Shown here piece by piece: positions 26,230 to 36,225 of a DNA stretch of 64,000 nt; positions within the stretch are counted from its first letter, which is position 1; every line of letters begins with the position of its first letter. Where the stretch lies: the IMG/VR virus record IMGVR_UViG_3300003690_000002, positions 1 through 64,000 of that record; one strand, given 5' to 3'. This stretch comes from a virus. The translations under genes and the position numbers were made by a program. The notes under the pieces are model-generated. The model searched no databases. It was not told the DNA's origin and worked only from the letters and a program-made list of their open reading frames with translations.

Positions 26230-27612
26230 TTATTCATGCCCACCATCAGATAATAAATCTTCAGGATTTGTAGATCGCGAAGTAAGATATGGCTTTTTTC
26301 TATCTCTAAAAATAATCCCTCTAGTTGTCAGAGAAAAGGGTATAGCGCTTGGTTTTGTATCTCTTGTGTGGGTATATATAACTTTATTGGGATCTACATA
26401 TTCATGTGCTCCGACGCTGACGATAAAATTAGTAGGATCTGGACTTCTTTTATGTTGTTTATAGGCGATTTCGAATGCATTTATTGTAAAATTTTCCGCA
26501 ACTCTAGGAGTTGGTGTCGTCTCATATTCAATCCAGGTAACTGCACCCCGAGTATTTCCAGATATGTCAACAGAAGTATTACTAGTCTCAAAAGTACAAT
26601 CGCTTATGCACCCTCCACTAATAGCAGGAGATGTAGATGATAATGTATAATCCATATTACTTGGCGCACTAAAACTTATAGCATTGGATAGCCACCCAAT
26701 ATAACCGGTGTTGGTTGCTGTATCAAAAGATCCGGAAGATCCGTCTATTTTCTGAATTACTTGACTACTCTTTGGACACGATACAATACAATTTGCGACC
26801 GGATTAAGTGTATTAAATATATACTGGTCGGGCTGTGAACAACTAACAATACAATTATCTACTTGTCCCCACTCCAGAGCACCATGACTGCTAGGCGAAC
26901 CTGCACCTGTCGAGGAAGTCGTATGGAATGTACAAAAGCTTGCTGTGCAGTGGTGATAATATTGACCGCCAAACAGATGACGATCTAATGCCGGGGTTCC
27001 GCATGAAAATATACAGTTTATAATCTTAACATTACCCGACGTCGCAAGAATCTGTCCGCCGCCGCCGCCAAAAGCACTATTTCTAATGAATTCGCATTCG
27101 TTAACAAGTGCATAATTTGTTGCTTGAAAGCCGCTATGATCTGCTTGAGAATCGACTCCTATGTTGCCCGTATTTTCATCCCCTGAAATGCGAGAAACTA
27201 TATTTCCCTTATTATCATGTACATAACATCCTGATATGCTAAGTTTGTATCCTGCAACATTAGTATAGTGCCAAACTGCACTTTCAAAGTTTTTAATCTC
27301 TAAATTTTCATAATAAGTACCGCTATAAGCTGTACGGAAGCAGTATGCTTGCTGATTGGAAGCATCTATTGTTCCATCAAATATTGGTCTTTCGTCATAT
27401 TTTGCTATGATTTGTCCATTCTCTCTTACACTGAGTGAAGTGGGGTAATATGTTTGAGAGGCACTTACAATTATAGGCTCACCCTGACCGGCTGAATTTG
27501 TAGCGTGGGCTGCTGCATATGCTAAATTTTTAAAAGGAGTATCCCAACTTGTCCCGTAGTCAAATTCATCCTTGGCTGTTGCGGATCCAGTATCTACATA
27601 AAATATTGCCAT
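26230..27612 (-). CDS. Right-handed beta-helix (pectin-lyase-like) protein with choice-of-anchor-Q-like end
   Basis: IFYVD...GTSWDTPFKNL start; recurrent I.NC.F / NC.V turns; DYTLSSTSPAISGG...DISGNTR...VGAHEY. Confidence 0.6.
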   Translation of the reverse strand: MAIFYVDTGSATAKDEFDYGTSWDTPFKNLAYAAAHATNSAGQGEPIIVSASQTYYPTSLSVRENGQIIAKYDERPIFDGTIDASNQQAYCFRTAYSGTYYENLEIKNFESAVWHYTNVAGYKLSISGCYVHDNKGNIVSRISGDENTGNIGVDSQADHSGFQATNYALVNECEFIRNSAFGGGGGQILATSGNVKIINCIFSCGTPALDRHLFGGQYYHHCTASFCTFHTTSSTGAGSPSSHGALEWGQVDNCIVSCSQPDQYIFNTLNPVANCIVSCPKSSQVIQKIDGSSGSFDTATNTGYIGWLSNAISFSAPSNMDYTLSSTSPAISGGCISDCTFETSNTSVDISGNTRGAVTWIEYETTPTPRVAENFTINAFEIAYKQHKRSPDPTNFIVSVGAHEYVDPNKVIYTHTRDTKPSAIPFSLTTRGIIFRDRKKPYLTSRSTNPEDLLSDGGHE

Positions 27613-27618
27613 TATATT

Positions 27619-27849
27619 TTAATTAGTTTCTGGCTTGTTTTCTTTGGGGGATATTTGACTCTTTTTTTTCGTAGAATAACCATCTTTAAACCATCCACCG
27701 CCCTTAAGAGCAAAACTAGTTTTTGATACTATTTTTTTTATTTCTCCGTCGCACTCTTTGTTTTCACAAATTGGTAGAGGTTCATCGTATTTCTGAATTA
27801 CTTCAAATATATGATTGCACTTTTCGCATTTAAGTTCGTAAAGGGGCAT
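27619..27849 (-). CDS. FmdB-family zinc ribbon protein
   Basis: MPLYELKCEKCNHIFEVIQ...PICENKEC...SKTSFALKGGGWFKDGY. Confidence 0.85.
   Translation of the reverse strand: MPLYELKCEKCNHIFEVIQKYDEPLPICENKECDGEIKKIVSKTSFALKGGGWFKDGYSTKKKSQISPKENKPETN
27620..27627 (-). promoter_or_regulatory. Putative late promoter motif ACTAATTA
   Basis: Overlaps the FmdB stop codon, 8 nt upstream of the beta-helix gene, at the switch back from replication to structural genes. Confidence 0.35.
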
Positions 27850-27852
27850 TAT

Positions 27853-30800
27853 TTAATCTTCCATTACATATGCATAGTCATCTTTTTTATCAATTGTAAT
27901 TTGCATATCTACACAATCTTTAAGAGAGTCTAAATGTGAAATAAGGAATACTGTTTTAAAATAAGATTTTACTAAATCTAAAATACGAACAAAACCATCC
28001 ATATTCTCTGCATCTAAAGCTGCTCCCGGCTCGTCAAGGATAAAGATATTTGATTTTGGAAGATTAGAAACAGATAAAAGAGCTAAACGAATTGCCATTG
28101 CGGCAATTGTTTTTTCTGCTCCGCTTCCCATCTCAATTGGTCGAGGTTCATGGCTTGGATGTTTAATAAGAATTTTTAAATGTCTCCCATCATTCTCAAA
28201 AAACGCTTCAAAGTTCACAACATTGGCAAGAACTTTTGCAATCTCATTATTGATAACTGGAAGCTTCCTTTTAATAATATCATACGAAATTCCGTTACTA
28301 TGCATGCATCGCATAAATAAATCATAAGCCGAAAATTCTTCTCGCAAATCAACCAACTCTTGTTCCTGTTCTACGAGAGAAATGAGCTTTTGCTCAACAG
28401 AGCCGTGCTCTTTATAAAGATCTAAAAGTTTTTCTTGGCATTCTTCCAACTCTTCCTCTTTCTCTGAATAAAGTTTTCGTTCTTTCGCCAACTCTTTAAT
28501 AAACAATCCTTTATTTTCAATTACATCTTTATTTTTATAATATTCGTCTCGTGATTTATCCAATTCATCTAATTCTTTTTGTACTGCTTTGTATTCTATT
28601 TCATTTTTTCCAGCTAAGGCACTGTTTGTTTTAAGCTCTGCTTCAAGTTGTATCTTTTTATTCTTAACTTGTTCATATTTGTCCAAATGGCTTTCAATTT
28701 TCTCTGGATTTAACTCTGAGATCTCGTTATTGACTTTTTTTGAAGAATCTTGTAGCGAACTGCAATTTTGTTGTGTTAGAGATAATTTATCAACTGCAAC
28801 ATAAGCGTCTCGAATAAATTTGCAATGAGAGTATTCTGAACCGCAGGGCACTTCTTTTAATAGTTCTGCTTTTTTTTCTTGGTTCTGTAACTTAATTTCT
28901 TCGGTAGAGATTTCGCTAAGAATTTGTTCTAGCTCGTCGCGCTTTTCTTGTACATTCTCTTGTTGGTCTTCGAGTTCTTTTATGTTGAAGTCGTTTAAGA
29001 AAGTATTAATTTTATTTATTTTCTCTATGCCATCATTAACATTTCCATTTAATTCAATATTTTGTGCAATTAGTTCTATAGATTCTGTTTGTTTGCTATT
29101 TAAATCTCTTTCTACCTCTTCAATATTAATAACTTCGGCGCTAATAGAATTGATCTTGTCGTTTAATTTATCGCTAGATTCTTTAAGCTGGTTTAATTCT
29201 TCTTTTATTGTATCACATTTTTCAATGTGCTGTTCTGTAAAAATCTCATTAAGCGCAACTTCTCTTGTAGTGTTTGTAATATCTTCATCAAATTCTTTTC
29301 CTTCCAGTCTCTTTAGCGCTCCTCTTAAATCCGATGCGTCTTCTTTTGCCATCTTGTATTTTTTCTCAAACATTTCGAGATCAAGAAACTTGGCAAGAAT
29401 TTCTTTTCGTCTCGTTGAACCTTCACTAATAAATTGAAGCGAACCAAGTTGAGAAGACATTGAAGTTAAAAGGAAGTCTTCAAGTGTTCCAAAGTGTTTT
29501 CTTACAATCCTATCTGTTTCATTTCTTGTTAAGCCATTGAGGCTTTGCGTTTCGCCAGTGGCTTTATCGTAGCATTCAAAATTTAAATCAGTTTTTGCCT
29601 CAAGCGTTTCTTCACCCTTGAGTTTTTTTGTATACTTCTCTGTACTTCTTTGAATTGTGTATTTTTTATTTCCTATGGAAATCTCAACTTTTCCAGAACC
29701 ATTATTCTTGTTCTGATTAACAATGTTAAGATTTTTCCTCTCATTTTTACTAGTAGAATTAAAGAGAATGTAGAGTATACTGTCAACAATACTAGACTTT
29801 CCGCTGAAATTCTTTCCGAAAATACCAACGATTCCATTAAGATTTTTAAAGCTGACCCGATTCCCACTTCCATAATTAAATAAATTCTCCCACTCTAATG
29901 ATTCTAATTTCCAATTGACGTTTCTGCCTACCTCTTCCTGGTCTTCAACTACTATATTATATTTAGAGTTAAGCTTCTTGATACGACGTAATAAATCGCT
30001 GTCTAGTTGAAAGTCTTTTAGGTATTCTTCAATTAATTCTTCTTGTATGGCTGGATCACGAAGATTATCAATTGCCAACTCATCGGCAAACTCTTCTATG
30101 TTTCCATGTTCACCTACAGCACGATTTAAAAAGGTAATGCTTTCTGGTTTAAAGCGATGTTTGGCAATCTCTACTGCTTTTCTCATTGTGTTTAGAGCCA
30201 AATTATTATTAGAAACTAATCTCAACCTTGCCCCAGAGGGAATTTCAATCTTATTGGGCATCCTTCCTTTCGGAGTTAGCTCAATAGTGATAAAAGGTTT
30301 TGGGTTTTCTAATTTAATATGTTTCACGTCCCAATCATCACGATCACGAATATCCCAAATTAAAAAACCTTTATCGTTAGTTTCTCCGTGATTTTGTTGA
30401 ACTGTCGATCCTGCGTAGCGAATTCTACCTTCGAAATCTAATATTTGATTGGTTTTATGAATATCTCCAAGAAAAGCAAAATCATATCCATCAAAGATTG
30501 ATATATCATCTTCGCCGTGTTCCATTACCCACCCAAGATCTGTTTTGCAATTTGAAATGGACCCATGATAGAGTACAATATTAATACAGGCAGGATTGCT
30601 AAAAGGAATCCAATTATCGCGATCAAACACAGAAAGAACGTTAAGAGAAAATCTATCATCGAGTTGCACCTCTCCTGAATTTTTTAATAAGAAAAGTGAT
30701 GGATGCTCTAATGCTTTGACAATTGGCGTTAAAGCATCTTGCCTATTTGAATTTTTTAAATTACCATCGTGATTTCCTAAGATTATATATGTAGGGGCAA

Positions 30801-31011
30801 TATCTGCTAAGTTTTTGAAGAAATCTGTGCACATCTCTACAAACTCGGGAGACAGTTGCGTCTTAGTGTGTGCTATATCCCCACAATGAATTATATAGTC
30901 TACTTTTTCTTTGCGAAGAGTTTCATAGAGCTTCTTAAAAACCTCCCTATATTCACAATGATATTTTAAATTTTTTATATGTGTATCTGCGATGTGTGCA
31001 AATTTCATCAA
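27853..31011 (-). CDS. Fused Mre11/SbcD nuclease - Rad50/SbcC ATPase (gp47-gp46-like fusion)
   Basis: N-terminal phosphoesterase motifs HIADTH, GDIAH, GNHD, YHG, GDIH; then Walker A GKNFSGKSS, a long coiled coil, signature-position GSGAE, Walker B/D-loop FILDEPGAALD and H-loop ISH. Confidence 0.92.
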   Translation of the reverse strand: MMKFAHIADTHIKNLKYHCEYREVFKKLYETLRKEKVDYIIHCGDIAHTKTQLSPEFVEMCTDFFKNLADIAPTYIILGNHDGNLKNSNRQDALTPIVKALEHPSLFLLKNSGEVQLDDRFSLNVLSVFDRDNWIPFSNPACINIVLYHGSISNCKTDLGWVMEHGEDDISIFDGYDFAFLGDIHKTNQILDFEGRIRYAGSTVQQNHGETNDKGFLIWDIRDRDDWDVKHIKLENPKPFITIELTPKGRMPNKIEIPSGARLRLVSNNNLALNTMRKAVEIAKHRFKPESITFLNRAVGEHGNIEEFADELAIDNLRDPAIQEELIEEYLKDFQLDSDLLRRIKKLNSKYNIVVEDQEEVGRNVNWKLESLEWENLFNYGSGNRVSFKNLNGIVGIFGKNFSGKSSIVDSILYILFNSTSKNERKNLNIVNQNKNNGSGKVEISIGNKKYTIQRSTEKYTKKLKGEETLEAKTDLNFECYDKATGETQSLNGLTRNETDRIVRKHFGTLEDFLLTSMSSQLGSLQFISEGSTRRKEILAKFLDLEMFEKKYKMAKEDASDLRGALKRLEGKEFDEDITNTTREVALNEIFTEQHIEKCDTIKEELNQLKESSDKLNDKINSISAEVINIEEVERDLNSKQTESIELIAQNIELNGNVNDGIEKINKINTFLNDFNIKELEDQQENVQEKRDELEQILSEISTEEIKLQNQEKKAELLKEVPCGSEYSHCKFIRDAYVAVDKLSLTQQNCSSLQDSSKKVNNEISELNPEKIESHLDKYEQVKNKKIQLEAELKTNSALAGKNEIEYKAVQKELDELDKSRDEYYKNKDVIENKGLFIKELAKERKLYSEKEEELEECQEKLLDLYKEHGSVEQKLISLVEQEQELVDLREEFSAYDLFMRCMHSNGISYDIIKRKLPVINNEIAKVLANVVNFEAFFENDGRHLKILIKHPSHEPRPIEMGSGAEKTIAAMAIRLALLSVSNLPKSNIFILDEPGAALDAENMDGFVRILDLVKSYFKTVFLISHLDSLKDCVDMQITIDKKDDYAYVMED

Positions 31012-31016
31012 ATCAC

Positions 31017-31286
31017 CTAATTTTTTCTGATTTTTTCTTTTTTGATTATAGTAGGGCTATAACGCCAATCACCCACGTCTATTTTCTCTCTAATTTCTAG
31101 TCCGGAAAATTCATCGATCATATGTTCCGTCATGCCGATCCAACGTATTTGAAAATAAAACCTGTCTCCTGTTCTAATTTTCCTTAGCACAAATCCAACT
31201 CGCCTATCAGCAAACAATAAATCACCAGGATATATATTGATACCAGGAGGCGTTAAAATCTTTTTTAAAATTTGTAAAAAATTCAT
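31017..31286 (-). CDS. Hypothetical protein (SH3-like beta pattern)
   Basis: 89 aa: YPGDLL...VGFVL...YFQIRW; fills the gap between primase and the nuclease fusion. Confidence 0.55.
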   Translation of the reverse strand: MNFLQILKKILTPPGINIYPGDLLFADRRVGFVLRKIRTGDRFYFQIRWIGMTEHMIDEFSGLEIREKIDVGDWRYSPTIIKKEKIRKN

Positions 31287-31288
31287 AT

Positions 31289-32221
31289 TTAAAGCATCGA
31301 AGCTTGGTGTAATAAATAATTATCATGATTTATATGCGCTGCGTTATTTTTTCTAATTATAAACTCTTTTTTTGTCATCTCGCCAACATCTTTATATCCT
31401 GTAGTGTCAATTTTATGTAATTCAATATTGTATTGAAGTAACAAATTAATCAATTTTAATGTTTTATTATTGGCATCTGAATCTAATGCCAGAAATATAG
31501 AGAGGCTATTGTGAATAATTTTTTTAAACAATGTTGAAGTTTCACGCAGTGTTGACCCTAAAAGCGGTATTGCGTTGCTAGCCTTAATTGCATCGAACAC
31601 CCCTTCAACTAAAACCAAATCCTTCTTCCAATCGATGCATAATTCATTAAAAATAATGTCTTTCGATACTTGTGGATTTTTATATTTCATTTTATTATTT
31701 GTATATGACCTTGCAACAAAATAATTACAGTACCCTTCTTTGTTGAATGATGGTATGATAATTCTATTTTTAAATTCTCCATCTTCGCAGAAGCCCATCT
31801 TCCATTTCAAGATATCATCTTTTATAATGCCTCGTCTTTTTAAATATCTTAAAGGTATTTTTGCAAGTAGTGGTAAATTTTTATTTGCAAGACTAATAAA
31901 TTCTTGTGGGAGTTGAACTTTTTGTTCATACTGGTCTTGCCCTTTTTCTTTAAAAAGATCATCAAATTCAGAAATCTTTATACTATTTTCAAAACTTTGC
32001 CAATCTCTTTTTTGCAGATTCGTTCCAAATTTATTAATAAGATAATAAATATTACGCCCAAAGCTATCACAAATCCAGCATTTATAAGTATTTTTAATTA
32101 AATTTATAGATAATTTGCGCTTGCGGTGGTCGCAATTTGGACAAAAGAAAAGATATTCGTTATTGGAACGATAATATTCTCCAAAGATCTGTGCAAGGAT
32201 TTGAAGCTTTTCAAGGCTCAT
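31289..32221 (-). CDS. DNA primase (zinc-binding domain + TOPRIM)
   Basis: FFCPNCDHRKRKLSIN...YKCWICD zinc finger; RIIIPS; LVLVEGVFDAI; FLALDSDA; YKDVGEM. Confidence 0.88.
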   Translation of the reverse strand: MSLEKLQILAQIFGEYYRSNNEYLFFCPNCDHRKRKLSINLIKNTYKCWICDSFGRNIYYLINKFGTNLQKRDWQSFENSIKISEFDDLFKEKGQDQYEQKVQLPQEFISLANKNLPLLAKIPLRYLKRRGIIKDDILKWKMGFCEDGEFKNRIIIPSFNKEGYCNYFVARSYTNNKMKYKNPQVSKDIIFNELCIDWKKDLVLVEGVFDAIKASNAIPLLGSTLRETSTLFKKIIHNSLSIFLALDSDANNKTLKLINLLLQYNIELHKIDTTGYKDVGEMTKKEFIIRKNNAAHINHDNYLLHQASML

Positions 32222-32230
32222 ACTACTATA

Positions 32231-32259
32231 ATAGTATCAAAAATGATCTAAAAAGTAAA
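32231..32259 (-). promoter_or_regulatory. Sigma70-type promoter for the primase operon
   Basis: TTTACT-N17-TACTAT on the minus strand, ending 10 nt upstream of the primase ATG. Confidence 0.45.
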
Positions 32260-32269
32260 GAAATTAATG

Positions 32270-32824
32270 CTATTTTGTTCTTTTTATTATGTTAGATCGA
32301 TTTTTCTCTTTTTCAAGCAAAAAATATCCAGCACGAGCAATAATTACAGAGTCTGCCTTGTCATAACTACCTTTTACTGGATTTCCACGTTGTGTATATT
32401 TTACACTAAAGCTTTTTTCATTTTCATCTATAAATTTTAAAATAACTTTTTTTGTATTTTGTCCTCTTTTGATAGAAACTCCGCATAGTTTTCTTGCAGT
32501 CGATGCATTTATATATTGTGGATCTATGTCGAAAAGATCTCTTAATATCCAACAGACTATACCATTGAATCGTTGAATTTTTGAAATTACCTGTGCGGAG
32601 CTTCTTCCAGCTGCAAACATATTCAAAGGCTCCTCAACATAAATCTTTTCAATTGGATATTGAGACTTAATATAACAGAGGTTATCTCTTATAATATCAA
32701 GCTTTTGATAAAAAGAAAGATTTTTTTTATCCGTTCTCCATGCCGAACAATGTATCAATTCGTTATTTTTATCAAGTATTGATACACCAGTAGCACTAGT
32801 GCTTATGTCCATTCCTAATATCAT
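32270..32824 (-). CDS. RuvC-like Holliday junction resolvase
   Basis: ILGMDISTSATGVSILD, IYVEEPL, DKADSVIIA: RNase H-fold acidic catalytic residues. Confidence 0.8.
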   Translation of the reverse strand: MILGMDISTSATGVSILDKNNELIHCSAWRTDKKNLSFYQKLDIIRDNLCYIKSQYPIEKIYVEEPLNMFAAGRSSAQVISKIQRFNGIVCWILRDLFDIDPQYINASTARKLCGVSIKRGQNTKKVILKFIDENEKSFSVKYTQRGNPVKGSYDKADSVIIARAGYFLLEKEKNRSNIIKRTK

Positions 32825-32828
32825 TTTT

Positions 32829-34037
32829 TTAAAAGTCTAATTTTAATTTAAACGTATATTCATCATTTTCTTTTTTACGAAGAGGTGTAGCTAGCTTAGC
32901 TATAGCAATTAAGTTTCTATTTTCATCATAAACTCCAATTTTACTTATATAAGTTTGTTTAACAAAACTTGAGCTATAGCCAGAATATGAACTACTTTCT
33001 ATATTTTTAATAGTAGTGCTTCCTGTTTCTGAATATGTAAAACTGCTTGTTTCTGTAGTTAAAGATTGTCCCTGTGCAACGTATGTCATGTTGCTTGAAT
33101 GATTTAGTTTTCCTCTTGGTGCGTGTGCGAACATTGTAACGGTGGGAATATAGCTTGTTCCTTTAAAAGATAAACTAAAACTTGAAGAAGCTGCCGCCGC
33201 AGTGCCAGATATTGTTTGCGCAAAATATGTCCACTTTGGTGCTTCGACTGATGATATCCCCGACCCCGATATGTATATGTCATTTGATTGTCCCGATGAA
33301 AGATCCCAGCTTCCTGTGAGAAAAATAAACCCTTCATTATATAATACGACACCTGCAACAGAACCTGGTCTATTTGAGCCAGTCGTCTCAATTAATTCCC
33401 CATTCCCATTTTTATCCTGAAGTTCTCCCAGCAAGGTTCCTGTTAAATAAAACTTTAAATTTACTGAACCTTTTTTAATCATGGAGCCATAAAATATAGA
33501 TGGTATACTTATTAATCCAACCTCTTGTGTTGATTTGTCCCACCCCCGACCTATAGATGACGAATATGCATAATGTGGTGTTAATGGTTTATAAAAATTT
33601 AATGTATTTCTTAATGCTTTAATATATCGCCTAGTAGTATCTGATGTAAAAAACAACTCTTTTGTAATATTGGCTACCATCGGATAACTTCCAGTGATTT
33701 CATCACCATAGGCGAAATCGGAATTAAAACTACCTTTCGAAACTGTGGAAAAAGAGGTTAAACTTCCCTGTTTTGTGACAAAAGGGTATACTAGTGTTTT
33801 AGTCCCCACTCCGGTAGATGGGTTGTATAAATGACCGATGGAATCTCTATTGATGTTTATCTCATGTAAACTAACTGCTCCGGCTTGAGCCATAAGTGAA
33901 GATGAATTGTATGTACCGCTTATATTATATTTATTATTATAATAAGTTGAACCACTATAAAAATAAAATTCTAATCTCGGGTACGCTTTTATACGATTAT
34001 GAAAAATATCATTTTTTTTAAACTTATAATAGGGCAT
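32829..34037 (-). CDS. Baseplate/tail structural protein, paralogue of 34105-35235
   Basis: Shares IKKG, NxSSNxTY and the C-terminal YISKIGVYDENRNLIAIAKLATPLRK...LKLDF with its neighbour. Confidence 0.6.
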   Translation of the reverse strand: MPYYKFKKNDIFHNRIKAYPRLEFYFYSGSTYYNNKYNISGTYNSSSLMAQAGAVSLHEININRDSIGHLYNPSTGVGTKTLVYPFVTKQGSLTSFSTVSKGSFNSDFAYGDEITGSYPMVANITKELFFTSDTTRRYIKALRNTLNFYKPLTPHYAYSSSIGRGWDKSTQEVGLISIPSIFYGSMIKKGSVNLKFYLTGTLLGELQDKNGNGELIETTGSNRPGSVAGVVLYNEGFIFLTGSWDLSSGQSNDIYISGSGISSVEAPKWTYFAQTISGTAAAASSSFSLSFKGTSYIPTVTMFAHAPRGKLNHSSNMTYVAQGQSLTTETSSFTYSETGSTTIKNIESSSYSGYSSSFVKQTYISKIGVYDENRNLIAIAKLATPLRKKENDEYTFKLKLDF

Positions 34038-34080
34038 GCCACCATTTCCAAATATCTACTTGTGTTATTATATGTTATTA

Positions 34081-34088
34081 TAATTAGT
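34081..34088 (-). promoter_or_regulatory. Putative late promoter motif ACTAATTA
   Basis: Intergenic, 44 nt upstream of the 402-aa gene. Confidence 0.45.
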
Positions 34089-34104
34089 TAGTTTATAAAA
34101 TTGT

Positions 34105-35235
34105 TTAATAATCTAATCTAACACGAAGTGTTAATTCAGTATTTGGATCTTTTTTGAGCGGCTCGCTCACTTTTGCAACAGCAAGCAATTCATTATCTGC
34201 AGAATACATACCAATTGATGTAATATACGATACTGGCATATCACTTGTCGTGTTCTTTACTCTAAGCTGACTTGCGGTAAGATAAGTCGGGTTAGAACTA
34301 TAATTAAATTCATTGTGATTTGCTCTGCAAAAATAAATTGTTGAATTAAGCTCAGTCGTATTATTAAAAGCAATATTATGAATTCGATTCCGCAATCCAT
34401 CTGCGATATCTGTTATATTGGCACCGGTTATAACAGCTGCCATTGAAGAAGTATCATATGTTGCCCCTGCTGTGCCCCACTGAGAACTTGTTGAGTGGAC
34501 ATTAAGAAATGCCTCCGAAGAGTGCGATGCTGAAAACGCAGCAGTGGGAACAACTATAATTCCTGCTTGATAAAATATTAACCCAAGACCGCTACCTTCT
34601 ACAATATCTGCTACCACCGAAGATGTATATAGAATACCAAATTCTCCGGCTGGAGAAGTGGTTCGAAACTCATTTGCCGCATTTGTATCATATAAAGTTT
34701 TCAAATGAGGTCCAATATCACCGCTACCTGGTGATGCGGTACGGCTCCAAGCAGCATTAACATCAAATGGTATGCCCCCTGTATTAAAACCTATACTAAA
34801 AGTGCCTTTCTTAATTTCATCTTTTGTAAGAAGTCGAGAAAAGTTTACAAAATGAGTGTTTACAAACTTGCCTCCTGCTTGAGTCAAATCACCATCTGCG
34901 TCAAATTGTTGTATTCCTCCAGTATGATCATGACCCATCAAAACTTGTGCCATTTGATTGTATATATTTATCTTTTTGTTATTTTGTGGATTACCGACAT
35001 CCTGCAACAAAGAGCTAGAATGATAACCAAAGGTTATATCAAAAATATGATTTGCAGAAGAACTTAGATATGGATAATCATAAACAGATTCAAACATTCC
35101 ATGTGAATATTTTTTAATGTTTGCTTCGGCATAGGTTCCTGAGCCGATTGTTCCTGTAATTGGTATCGCCTCATGTAAAAGTGTTTTCGTAGATGTTCTA
35201 TCTGTATTTAAAAATGTTTTAAACGTTGTCGCCAT
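34105..35235 (-). CDS. Baseplate/tail structural protein, paralogue of 32829-34037
   Basis: C-terminal YITSIGMYSADNELLAVAKVSEPLKK...VRLDY. Confidence 0.6.
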   Translation of the reverse strand: MATTFKTFLNTDRTSTKTLLHEAIPITGTIGSGTYAEANIKKYSHGMFESVYDYPYLSSSANHIFDITFGYHSSSLLQDVGNPQNNKKINIYNQMAQVLMGHDHTGGIQQFDADGDLTQAGGKFVNTHFVNFSRLLTKDEIKKGTFSIGFNTGGIPFDVNAAWSRTASPGSGDIGPHLKTLYDTNAANEFRTTSPAGEFGILYTSSVVADIVEGSGLGLIFYQAGIIVVPTAAFSASHSSEAFLNVHSTSSQWGTAGATYDTSSMAAVITGANITDIADGLRNRIHNIAFNNTTELNSTIYFCRANHNEFNYSSNPTYLTASQLRVKNTTSDMPVSYITSIGMYSADNELLAVAKVSEPLKKDPNTELTLRVRLDY

Positions 35236-35255
35236 AGTTTATCCTTTAATTTTTC

Positions 35256-36203
35256 TTAATATTTTTTAATATATCGTATAGGAACATCAATTGAGTACCC
35301 AGTCGTAGCTCCTGAAATTTTTACAATCGTATCAATATAATAAACATTTGTGCCTGAAAATGTTGTTGTATCTGTTCCGCCGAGTTGAGTAAATAAATAA
35401 GTGCTTGTATTTAACTCAACAGAGGCTCGTACTTTAAATGTCATATATGTCCCTCTAGGTCCAGCTATGACCTGATCGGCTCCCCCTTCGGTTGCGCTGC
35501 TGCCATCTCCTGTTTCTGAATTATTATATACTAATCCGCTAGTCCCTAGTGAAAGAAAATAACTTGCAATGTTGTCATCATCAATAAATGATATCGGTGC
35601 GCCATTGCCAGCGATGTCGACAATACTGCCTAATCTATTATCCATTTCAACAATATATTGTCGCTCTTCTAAATCTGCATCAATTTGAAATTTTGGAGAA
35701 ATAGCTGTTGTGTCAAGCCCTTGATCAAGTCTTATATATGATACTGCCCCTGTGGCTCCTGGAGCTTCGCCGTTTAATACTCCATTAGTGCTGTTGCCTT
35801 TTACGTTTGCGTCGCCATATGTCTCTTGGTCAACACAAACAACAAATGTGCTCAAAGTAGAATGTCTTTCCGCTGCGCTGACATTGTCGGTCCCGGTAGT
35901 TCCATATATTTTAAGAACTGGAAGATATAATAAATTTGTGCGTGGAATAGAGATTAACTTAGATTTCATTGTCGAAGTGTTATTTGTAAATGCTTCCAAT
36001 ATCGGCGTTTGCAAAATCTCCAAGTCATAATATGCACTACCGCTCGAATGAGACTTATTATATGTACCATAATCAATTTCGTCATCACCAAAAGCGTATT
36101 TTGCGATCTTAAAAGAACCGTCGCCTTTTGCTAATCGAAATCGTCCGGTATCTGTTAACACTGCATCTAAAATAATATCACCAGAATTGTCCAAAAATGC
36201 CAT
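35256..36203 (-). CDS. Baseplate/tail structural protein with fibre-attachment-like N-terminus
   Basis: MAFLDNSGDIILDAVLTDTGRFRLAKGDGSFKIAKYAFGDDEIDY. Confidence 0.6.
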   Translation of the reverse strand: MAFLDNSGDIILDAVLTDTGRFRLAKGDGSFKIAKYAFGDDEIDYGTYNKSHSSGSAYYDLEILQTPILEAFTNNTSTMKSKLISIPRTNLLYLPVLKIYGTTGTDNVSAAERHSTLSTFVVCVDQETYGDANVKGNSTNGVLNGEAPGATGAVSYIRLDQGLDTTAISPKFQIDADLEERQYIVEMDNRLGSIVDIAGNGAPISFIDDDNIASYFLSLGTSGLVYNNSETGDGSSATEGGADQVIAGPRGTYMTFKVRASVELNTSTYLFTQLGGTDTTTFSGTNVYYIDTIVKISGATTGYSIDVPIRYIKKY

Positions 36204-36225
36204 AATAAGTTCCTTTTTTCTTTAA

